NCBI RefSeq assembly: GCF_902652985.1
Contig: NC_047025.1
Span: 10,726,001 to 10,790,000, forward strand
DNA: 64,000 nucleotides
Direction: 5' to 3'
Source: Pecten maximus
Lineage: Eukaryota
The notes below the pieces were generated by a model. That model was given only the letters and a program-made list of their open reading frames with translations, had not been told where the DNA came from and did no database searches. Shown here piece after piece: positions 11,901-23,900 of the stretch (position 1 is its first letter; the number at the start of each line of letters is the position of its first letter). Both the position numbers and the translations under genes were made by a program.

Positions 11901-14900
11901 CACCCCCTCAACCAGTGCCACCCCCACAGACTAATATCCCCCCACCACAAATCCCCGGACAACCCCCATCTGACATGTACAGAGGTGTGGAAGCTCCATT
12001 TGACAGAGCTCTTCACCCAACATCCCAACATAGAGACATAATGCAAGAATTCATTCAGAGTCCTAAGCTCGGACTCATTGACACTCGTGATGGAGGTCAC
12101 TTCGATGGACGTGAGCCTCCCAGGGATTTTTCATCAGAGAAACGTGAGAACTATGAGAGTAGAGATGTTTATGAGGAAAACAGGTCTCAGGGTTCATATG
12201 AAAAAGACTACAGGCCACATGGAGATTCCAATAGTCGAGAAAGGGAATATGACCAATCTAGAGAGAGTTCTAGGGATAGGGAATACAGAGGGAGGGAAAT
12301 GGGGGAAAAAGAACGAAGGGAGAAGGTTTGGGAAAAGTTTCGTGAACGAGAAAGGGAACGTGATACAGGGTTTAGAGATAAAACAAAAGACTATGGAGAT
12401 CGAAGTCCTAGGGACTGGCCAAGAAGTCCTTCAAAACGGAATTGGTCAAGATCACGTTCCCGATCACGATCAAGATCTAGGTCAGACTCCAGATCACGAT
12501 CAAGGTCTAGGTCAAGGTCTTATTCTAGATCAAGATCATACTCAAGATCTCCAAGACGATCTTCTAGATCTCCAAGGAGGTCATTTTCAAGATCTCCACG
12601 AAGGTCATATTCAAGATCCCCAAGAAGGTCATATTCAAGGTCACCAAGGAGGTCCAGGTCGCGTTCAAGAACTCCAAGAAGGTCTTATTCCCCAAGATCC
12701 CCAGGACCATTTAGATCTCCAGTTTCAAGGTCAAGGACACCTTCAGAAATGCATCCAAGGTCACCAATTCACCCAAGGTCACCTGTTCACCCAAAGTCAC
12801 CAGTGCACCAAAGGTCGCCTGCACCTATACAGACTCCGCTATCCCCTCCCCAGGAGCTGCCCCAGCCAGAGGAATCTCCGATCCCAATCATCAGACAACC
12901 TCGGGAGCCACGAGAGGCCCTTAGGGAACCTTCACAACCCCACGAAGAAATCATGGAAGCAGGTAACACAGAAATCTGACAAATAAATAAAAAAAAAAAT
13001 TTTTTTTTTTTAGAGGTCTTTTCAAAATATTTCTTCCGATATAAATCATACCATATTTATCTTTCCATAGGTCCTGGATGATTAGTAAACACATGATGCT
13101 GTGATGAACATCTCTGCGAAAATAACAGAAATGTAACAGGAAAAGGAATTTTAAGTGTCTATAAGAAGAAGTGGTAAGACTTATCTATAAATGTATGTTC
13201 ATAATTTCTCTGTTTTGCAGGGGAGATCATCGATGAGGTGGGCCAGCCCATCTTTGACCAGCTAACTCCTGATCAGTCACCGGGTCCCATGTTTTCTTCT
13301 GATGGAGAAATCCAGGTATAAACGTTTCTCTTCATCAAAACATCTATTTTTTTAATTTGTCAAGTCTGGGAAACCTGGACATTTTTTTTATTGACTTACA
13401 AAACATATACACTTCCTTCATTGTCACATACCATAAAATCAACATAATATAAGATATGAAGTAAAATTACAACTGCTGTATTTTTTGTTTTATATAATGT
13501 ATTATTCTGTAGGAGGTGGATGATACGTATGAAAATATCTCTTCTGATGATGAAATGGAAATCGATGGTGATGACATGATGTCGGTAAGTGTATCTATCT
13601 AATAATTCTGGTTCATGTTCAAACGTTTTAAAACACATTGTTATTATGTCCCTGTGTAAAGATAATAATTATAATAATAATGATTTTGAGTTTTATATTA
13701 ATAATAATTTGTAGTTTTATATTTAATGATAAAGATTTGGAGTTTTGTTTTTATTATAATTTGGAGTTTTATGTATCGCTACATCACAGCAGCATAGCAG
13801 TCTCAAAGCAGTTGACAGATTCTCAAGATCTCACTTTGTTTTTCCTTTTTGATTATGACCTGTTTTCAAGAACATACACTCAATATTATCCATTCTATTG
13901 AAAAGACTACTCTTTCTCCTTATGACCTTTTTTTTCAAGATCACACTTTGTCATATGAGTTTACAGGGACATCCACTTAATACAATATTCTTCGAACACT
14001 TTTTTTTCAAACAGGGCTAATTTTCCTGTTATATCAGTTAGTTAATATTTTTAACTCCACTTTACAATGTAATATCTGCATAGCAGAATTATCTAGATAA
14101 CTCTGTATTTCACGTGATATTATATTATTGTTTCCAGAATATGGACATGTACGAAATGGTGGACGACTATGCTACTATCTCCTTCAACCCGTTCCAGTTT
14201 GAAGTGACAAAACTTGTGGTATGTATAAGATGTACTTAAAAATTCAGAGTCCTGAATATTCATTTTTGTAAAAGTAAAAAAAAAATCTTGAATATAATTG
14301 TTCAGATGTAATTGAACTCATTGCAGTCTCGTTCTGCCTTAATAAGGGTGACCAATCTTCTCAGATTAATTCAGAGGGCACTTTCAGTTTTCAGTTTACA
14401 CATTGAAAGACCAATTTATTGTCTAGACAGAATAAAACAGATATCAAGTGTTTTATATGATATAAAAAAAATTGAAAATTGATGTAGATATTTTACTCTA
14501 AATAACACATCGACAATTGAAGGTAAGTGTTTCAGACTGTGGACTTTCAACTTCTGATATTGAGTCAGTCACTACCTTTGTTAATGAAGCTGAAGGAAAC
14601 TCACATACCCCATTTCCTTTTCAAATTCTAAATAAGAATGTTGATTGTTCTGCATATTGCGATAAATTAACAAATTTTACTAAAATTTTATTGCATTTGC
14701 TTTGCATATATAGGCACTGCCAGACGTCACACTGACCAAGTATGAGTTGGAGTTATCTGCCCTTCAACAGCAGACCGACAAGGCTACAGACAAACCTGCT
14801 ACAGAAAGACCGTCTGAGGCAACAACATTACTGGAACTTGTGGATGAGTTCTCCTCTTCTGACCATCATGGCAGGTCAGTCATATTTGTATTAAAAGTTT

Positions 14901-17900
14901 AACTGCTTTGAATATTAGCAATTCATTTCCTAACCTGTCCGAAACAAGTGAGTTTATCCAGTAGTACAGGATCCTTTGTCCGTTTTACATTAACTTTTCC
15001 TTTAAAATAATTGCTTCTCAATTACCGAGAGCACTATGATAACGATATTGGACCAGTAGCATACTTGGATGAAGGTTTGTTCAAATGAATGACCTTGATC
15101 TAATACAGTGTACATTTGTACTTTCAAAGTTGCATGATTCAAATATGTTAAAAATCTTTTTGAGTATTCAAAGACACAGTGTCATGATATTTTGCCCAAA
15201 GCCTGCTTAGACGAAGTCCTATTAAGTTTTTTTTATGAATGAATTTAATGACACAGAGGTCAATTGTAGCAGGAAGACTATCAAAATCCCCGTGATATTT
15301 GATGTGTGACATTTACTGAAAAGGAAGGCTTTTATTTAGGGGTGTAAGTCTGTACTTCACAAGCTGAAAAACATATGATAGGTACAGGACTACTGGGCCT
15401 TTTGTTGATAATTGTGGCTTTGTAAATTTGACAAAAAGGAAAGTAACAAGGTATCATTATTTGATATTACAGGTGGATTGAAGCACTAGAAAGTGTCCCC
15501 AGTCTCCTGGTGAAGGGCTTGTCTTATCTGCTACACAGAGAAAACAGAACAGGTTGGTATACTCTTCTATAGAGGATTAATGAGAAAATGTTTCATTTGG
15601 GTAATAAAATATCATATTAAATGCCATTGGCTGGTCCGGTTGCAATTGTGCAGTGCAACAAAACTGCCATTCACCAATGTAAGGGAGTTTGCTTTCTTGA
15701 TCAGATGGCAAAATGTATGGAGTTATTCGGGGCAGCCACATTTGTTTTTCCAAGGTACCTTTGCTTGTTTCCATCCAGGCCAAAAAGCCTTCTTTATTAT
15801 TGATAATTGTTGTACAACAAATAAAGATTGTTTCTACTACTAAAGTTGATGATTGAAATAGAATTTCTAATTTGAGGTTTATTTGTGTTTAGATGTACTT
15901 GACCAGTTACTAGATTGGACATTGGAGGGACTGGACTTGGTCAAGGCTATGGCACAGCCTGAGACTGCCCACAAGGTCCGCCACCTCAAGATGGGTATCA
16001 AACTGGCTGGGAGTATGTGTACCTGTAGTCGGGATATTGTCCTCAAGTGTCTGGTAAGTGGATTATCTCCCTTTGATTTTTGACTCAATTTGTTTTCAGG
16101 TTATTGTATTAGAGAGAACGGTGTGTTGCAGAAAAATGGTTATATGGACAAAGTAAAATGGACAGAAGGTAGATAAGATTCTGCCATATTTATCTGGCAA
16201 CAAGCCCTTGTCATGGCAAGAGCCCCACTTGATTTGCACTCTTCTCCTTCTAGAATATATCTTCCGGTCACTCGATTTGGAGCTCTTCTGCTTCTGGAAG
16301 ATCTTCTACCTCTTCCGTCTCGAAGCTGGAAGATTTCTCTTCCAAGATGGCGGCGAGTGATGAGTTTCACTACAGAAGGATATATGACACATACATGCAT
16401 GTGTTTGTATCATAGTATTTGAGAAAACTTAAAAACTTGTTAATTTTGGGTTATATTCTCCCGGTTTACTCGATTTACATCTAACGGAATGCAATCTTCT
16501 TAGAAGGCTTCTCTTCTGAGAAGAGTGCAAATCGAGTGGGGCTCTGGTAAGAAGCCTGTTATTAATGTCTTTTTAGGGCTATTCAATAGAAAATGGATGG
16601 ACTAAGATTTGTCCAACAGGGACGTCCCACAGGTGATTTAATTCAAACATTATCATAATAATAAGCTATGTGGTCCAGAGTTCCCACCATGCATAGACTT
16701 TCTTTTTTCTTTTTTTTCTGCAATCCTCCATTAGGATATATATTTTACTGAATAGCCTGTAAAAACTAACAAATGCTGCCTCACTTTCAATGCAGTAGGC
16801 CCTTAAGTAAATGTTTATGTGTGGGGCTTGTAACAGGATAAATATGGTGTATTTGACAAGTCTTGGGAAAATATTTAAATGGAAATATTCTGAATTCACA
16901 AATTTATAGTGATTGATTAATTTTCTCAAGTGTTAATTAAACAAAAATGAATAGAATTAAAAAAAAAAAAATGGACTGTGTGATTAGTAATAATAGTGTG
17001 GTATGATATTAAATTAAGAATCATGGAACTTGACAGGAATTTTCATGTCTTGAACATCGTTATTAATTTTAAAACATGAATAACCTTTCATGCCAAGACT
17101 TCTGTTCAGTTAAATATTAAGTTTCATCAATTGCCCTGAATGTCTTCGGGTATCCAGATGAGGAACCAAGTATCCATCACCAACACTAGTACTTTCCAAT
17201 TGAAATCATGATCTTTGCAAAGAATTTGCTGTTACATGGATGATTAATTCTTGTGTACACCTGCTGAAATGTCAGTAATTGTATAATAATGATATTGTTT
17301 CTACAGAGCATGGACATCCAACACAAGCTACTAGATCTGTTTGTGGCACCTTACATGTCCTTCTCACTCAAACTCCAAATTATACGTGCCATTGACCAGT
17401 CAACACGCTTTACCAGTGGCATGCAGTGGTTCCTAGGCAAACACCCACAGCAGAGTGCAAAGGCCAAGGTCGAAAGTGACGAAGGTCAAAAGGTCAAGGA
17501 AGAATCAAAAGATGCACAGGAGAGCTGTTATAAAAGACTTATTGAATGCATGATGAATAAACAGGTATGTTTGAATGTTATTCTTGAAACAAATATTTAT
17601 TTCATTTCTTTTATTTTAGATGACACTCTTTTGTATTTTTTTTCATTTAGGAATTTTGTTGCTTTCAAAAATTATTTTGTAGATGTTGCTTATAAATTAT
17701 TTTTAGACCCGATTTGACCTCACTATAAAGTAACAGAAAATGATACACTTTAGAAAGTTGAAGTACTCTTTCAACCATTTCTACTGTTACAGTAAAAGTT
17801 TCCAGTAACAGAACATACATTGTAGTACTTCTTTTCAGTCATTACATAACATTTGAATTTCCCATCACTGAATGGCTTTCATATTATTTCTGAAAATTTA

Positions 17901-20900
17901 CATATTTCACATTTTAACAATTATATGCTTGCAGGTTGCCAGAGTAACCATAGCAATGGCTGCCTTTTTGAAGAAAATTCATATTTATGAGTTGTTGTCT
18001 AGTCTAACAGGAAGTGTGAAAAGGTATGTAGCATATGTATGATTTTTAACTAGTTTTACCAGTAATTGCCAAGATAACCCAGAGGACCTTTGATGCTTTT
18101 CCATTGAATGTCATAATAAATCTTACAAATATAAACCTGGTACACAATATACCACCCGGCTAGAGAAAACTTCTCTTTAGCTCGATCCTTCAGTGTCCTG
18201 GGTTAGATCCTTAGCGGAGTCAGTGAATTAAATTTAACTGATTGTGTGCTCTGTTACATAGATATGGGTATGTTATGTCATATACTAGTACATGAAATTG
18301 CTTCTATTGCTTTCATTTTGTAAAAACAATATTGGAAATGTTTCTGTGTCAGAAATGTGAAAATCAGTTAGAATGTGATCTTTGACGCCAGGTTACATTC
18401 TTGTTGCTATATCAGACCTTCAATCCTACCATATTTTGCTGTTGTTATTTGATAATATTTGCTTACGAAACTGTTTACAAATGTATAAATAGATCAAAAA
18501 AGAGAAGAAAAAAACGGTGAACAACACGTCATTCACATCTGAGCATAAAAATTTGCAGACACAAGTGAAGTAAATAGAAAGCACTGTTCGCCCCTTGTAG
18601 GAAGACTTTGGATTTTGTCCCCTGGCCAAGACATACAAAAGTCTATAAAAATGCTACTCCTGCTTAGTGCTCAGCAGTTTTTAAAGTGGGAAAATGGTAT
18701 GTCTGATGTCAGTATAATGTGACCAGGTGGGGTGTCCTGCTGGGTGTCTTCAGCAATATGCTTCGGTAAGGTATCACTCTAAAGTCTGTATCAGCTCTGC
18801 GCTATCACAAGATGAACATGAACCTTCCACAGCCTCCCAAAACACACACTCACCACACACATGCATCGCGCACACAGCGTAAGCCGTCCTCAAATGACCT
18901 TATCTGTTGATAGGACGTTAAACAATGCAAGACCAAAACCAAACCAATTTGTCAATATGGAAATTATGCAGAGAACATAAAAGATCTTACTATTCCTTAC
19001 AGTATTGTTGAGCGTTTATCGTCGCTGGAAGAGGAGGCTGGTCAGAAGAAGGATGGAGACAATACTGACCTTGACCTTGAGAGCCTGATTATGACCAGTA
19101 CAGTGACCAACACAGAGATTGACACATTGGTCAGTGGTCTGGATGAGATCACCAAGGTCATCGCCATAGCACCCTACATGATTGTAAGTTCAGCCAATCA
19201 GATTCCAGATCACAATTATTTTGTTTTTGAGAATATTGCAGTGAAATGTTTACCTGGTCTTTGTGTTTGCAGGTACAACTTCTTCACCTGTGACCTTATC
19301 ACTTTCTGCATTCAGCTTATCACTACATATTTGAAAAGATGTTTATCTTCAGCACAAACGGACTGAAATTGTTTTCAGGCTTTTGAAAATGTCTGTTTCC
19401 TTAGTCAAGTAAATAGTACAATGCTGGAATGTTGACTATTGTTCACTATTTGATGATGGGTAGAAAAAGTAACGTTAGCTGTCTATATTTGTTTGAGACA
19501 CAATTTCATCCAACTTCAACAATGCAGACAGTCTCATGGACAGGTGATGTTTAACCCGTTCTATCCCTTTTATTAATGAGTCATCCGTATGATCATGTTT
19601 TTAAATCCAGAGGCAGAATGGATAAAACACTTATTGCCTTAACATGGCAAAAGCCGATTTCGAAAACTCAAAAACTAGCAAACACAGACTTTCAATGGCT
19701 TATGATAAGATAAACATCTTTTCAAATAATATTCAACAAAATTAATGAATCTCATCATGAACATTATGACTATAATCTTTGTTGTGTGTTTCACTACAGT
19801 TTAAAGTTAACAGAGAATTAAATCTGCTTTATGGGTTCCTTTAATGCTCAGCTTTCTATTTTCAATTTATACGGTTTTAGGGCCAGCCAGGACGTACCCT
19901 CCCTGGAAACACATTCGAAATAAAGACAAAACCATATGACCCGTATCCCAATCTGTATCACTTTGCCCAGACCAGGTAAGACTGATATGTCTTTTTCAAA
20001 CAGGATTTTAAAAAGAAATATTTCTAGTATATATATAATGTAAGAGAATCACATCACATCCTAGGGCATCCAACCAAATCGCGTTTTACATTCAGACTTG
20101 GTGTACCCCTAGTACAGAGCTACCTCGTTCACTATATATGTCATGGCATTTTACATAAATACATAAACTGGGGAAACATTCAGTGTTCAATCAATTGATA
20201 GAATTTAATGATCACATATCTCATCAAAATGACACAAGCCACCACGTGTATTTGTAGACGCTCGTTTTGATTGGTTGAAAATTTCATGCGTAAAAGGTGG
20301 TAATTTCGAATCTCCACTAGAGGGCCAGAACTGACGTCTATATATGCCAAAGATTCGTGGAATGTAAAGTAATCAGAAACCTTGGCTAGCAAAGATATGG
20401 TTTCTTGAGACATACAGCTAATAATATCATACTGTTAGAATGAAATAATGTCTTCGGTAGTCCCTGTGTGAAAAAAAACTGGAGTCCTCTTGTGGAGCAG
20501 ATGTTTGGTTGGAGTAGCCTTCAAATAATGGGCCACTTGATGCTCATAATTTCTCTGATGAATTACAGAGGATGTAAAACACATTATTCATCTATATATA
20601 GTTTAGATAACAGAAATGCAGGGTTAGCACGGGCCTTAAGAAAGTCTTGAATTTCACCTTGGGCCTTGAAAAGCCTTGAATTTCACCTTGGGCCTTAAAA
20701 AGCCTTGAAAATTGGTTTACAGCCTTGAAAAAGCCTTGAATATTAAGGTTTCATTAGGATAAGTGAAACCCTGGCCACTGATCATTTGGATTCAACTTTG
20801 TCCATGTCGCCTCCCCTACAGACGTTAATAATTTCCATTTCAAGTTGTATTTTGATCAAGTGGATAGTTATAAGTTGCTTTTTGTTCTCTTGTTCCCTCT

Positions 20901-23900
20901 CAAGATGACTTAGATGACAGGTAAAATGGGCCTTGAATGTTTAATTAAGACATTGAAAAAGCCTTGAAATTTGGTTTGACAAAATCCGTATGAACCCTGA
21001 AATGTGACGTTCTTGTTTGAAGTGGTCTGCTGGAGGCTGTGTTTGTGCTGGTGTCTGTACCCTCGACAGCTGGACATCACCAACTGTTCCCCGCCATAAA
21101 CAAGCTCATGAAAACATTGGTGAAAACACAACAGGGTCTTCTGTTCCTCTCAAGCCGGCCGGACGTCATCAATGGTACCATACGATCTGCAGCTACACAA
21201 GAAAATGTTAGTAATGATTCCACATTGGATTCCTCTTAATATCACTTTGGTTAATGTAACATTCTTAATATTATTGTATCATTTTGGTTAATATCATGTT
21301 CTGATTAAATCATGTTGTCCACTTCATATTGTCAACTGTTTAGGAGAAAAGGAAAAAAGGAAAAAAAAAATAGCAAAACCAAAAATAGTTAAAGGTATCA
21401 GTATTGAGCAGTGTCCAATGTCTCACCAGAGTGACTGATACTGGGTAGTTTGTAGAAATGTTTCAAGTTTTAGACATAGTTGTAAACTTAAGTTTTTTTA
21501 TGATGTTTTAAAGAAAAGAGAGGAACACAGCTCTTTCACAACTTTTTTAGATAAACGTGTATCATGGTTAACGTTATATGTAAATTTTCCTGTGTGATTG
21601 TATATGCCAGGAATACAGTCGGGATGAACCGGTGGACGATAACCCTCTACACAGACTAGGACTAGAGATCTTCCATGACTTGCTCGCTGTCCAGTTCATT
21701 GACCAGCTCCTTCAGTACCAGACTAAAGGTCAGTACAGATATCATTTGGTCACTGGTGTTAAGTTTGACCACTCTCAGTGACTAGACAGTAATTTTGACC
21801 TGTCCTGGTCACTGATGGTCAATTTGACCTGTCCTGGTCACTAGTGGTCAGTTTGACCTGTCCTGGTCACTATTGGTCAAATTGGCCTGTTCTGATCCCT
21901 TATGGTCAGACTGACCTGACCTGGATACTAGTGCTCAGTTTGGCCTGTACTGGTCACTTGTGGTCAGTTTGACCTGTCCATGGTCACTACTGGCTAGTTG
22001 AACAATAACAAATGGACACAAAAATCATAAAAAGCATTTAACATTTATGAGATAGTTTATCAGACATGAATCAAATATAGTGTAGTTATTATTATAATAA
22101 TAACGAATTGTTATCTGATACAGAGGAGAAGGAACTGGATGAAGTGGAGCCAATCGAAGCCCTCCATAATCTGTACACAATGACGTTCACCCCGGTGGGA
22201 CGGGAAGCAGTCGTTCATGTCCTCGGCCTGGATGACAATCTGACAGCCATTCTTCCTTTTGTAGAATATACAGGTAGGTCTTGTGTTTATAGTGTCATAA
22301 ACTTCTGATGTCATTTTAGATATCTTATTACAAAATATTGATACTCATATTGAACCATTTGGATTCATTGATTATAATTTACCAAATTGAATATTTTTGC
22401 AGGATAGTTGTCTATAAATAAAAAAGAAAAGAAAAGAAATTGGTAGTAAATATGCATTTTAGTTTTGCAGAAATACAAAGTAACAATTTTCAATATTAAT
22501 TTGTCTATACACATTATATGTGTAACTAGAATTATACAAAGTATCAAATCATGGAGAAGGCAGATTTTTGTTGGTGAAGAAATTCTGACACAAAAAAAGA
22601 GGCCCCTGCTACAAAGAGCCATGCAGTGCTATTCTTCCTTACTCTCAGAGTTTTTAATGATCAATAAGTCAAACTGTAGGTTTTGTTTTATTTCTGTCAT
22701 ACATGTTTTACTATTTGAAGGAAATAATGTATAGAAGGAGTGATCCAAACACTAATCCCAACATGGAGCTTCGTCCAAAAATTTATTCCTTCAGTTGTAC
22801 AATACAACTGAAGGAATACATTTCTGGACGAAACTCTGTGTTGGGATCACTCCTTCTATACGTTATTACCTGGAGTGAGACCTCCAGTATCTTTCAGGAT
22901 CCACGGCAGTTTCGTCAGGATTGACACTTAACTACACCTATAGGGACGTTATGTCTCCACCCCCCCGTAGTATTTGAAGGAAATTTTACTATTTCTGTTT
23001 TCAGGGGTGGAAGAAAGAGATGGACGTCTTAAGAAGTCTGTCTGTGCAGGATACACCCTTAACTTACTGTTGCTGCTGATTAGACAGTCCAATAATGTCC
23101 ATATTTACCAACAGTTTGGACAGCGCCTTGTGGAAATTGCAGAAAAGGGTAAATATAAAACTTAGGTCTATTTGGACACTATTTATAATAGTTTTATGGG
23201 TAATGATGCCCTTTAACCACTTTTTTGTGGATATCGTATTTTTCCTGTAATAAGCCCAGAGGACCAAGATATAAATTTTAATTAAAATAGGGGTTGGGCT
23301 TATTGCAGGACAATTAAATTTGTTAGCATTCAATCACATTGAACTTAGTTCAAGGTTAATTTTGGATTATTGCCGGATATATACAAATGTATGTAGTGAT
23401 AAATGTAACATTTATTTTTAATCATAAAAATAACATTCTACAAATGAAAACAAAAAATATCTATGCAAGTATAAGATTCAATATAATTTTGTGGCAAAAA
23501 TTACAAGATCAAATGACTTTTAACGTCTGAAATGATCAAATTTTAAAAATTCAGATTTAAAACTTTACTTTTGTTACAGACTTCAGCAGTAAGCTCCTTG
23601 ATCTGAATGAATGGTTGTCACCACTTAAGAGTATTACAAGCTACAACCATGAGGGAGTGGCTTCTGCCATTACCCAGCTCCGCTCCCACTCCGACAACCT
23701 CCAGAAAATTCCCCGTCCCTTAGTCACTGTAGTGAGGATACTCCGACACATGAGCATCGCCCCGGAGTGCAACTACCCAAATGGTAAGATATATTATGTT
23801 AAAAAGTACGGAATCTTACAAAGGATGGACTCGTAAGATTTTGGCATGGTGACATGAGTTATGAAATACGATTGGGCAAATCAAGTGTAAAATGTGGTGG

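Noticed and set aside
12078-12986. 302-aa alternative-frame ORF (QD/QG-rich) overlapping VIRMA exon 6
   Set aside because: By-product of repetitive TCAAGA/TCAAGG RS codons lacking stops in the shifted frame; no independent splice or start evidence
13075-13120. Box C-like TGATGA motifs (possible intronic snoRNA)
   Set aside because: No well-placed box D or terminal stem identified
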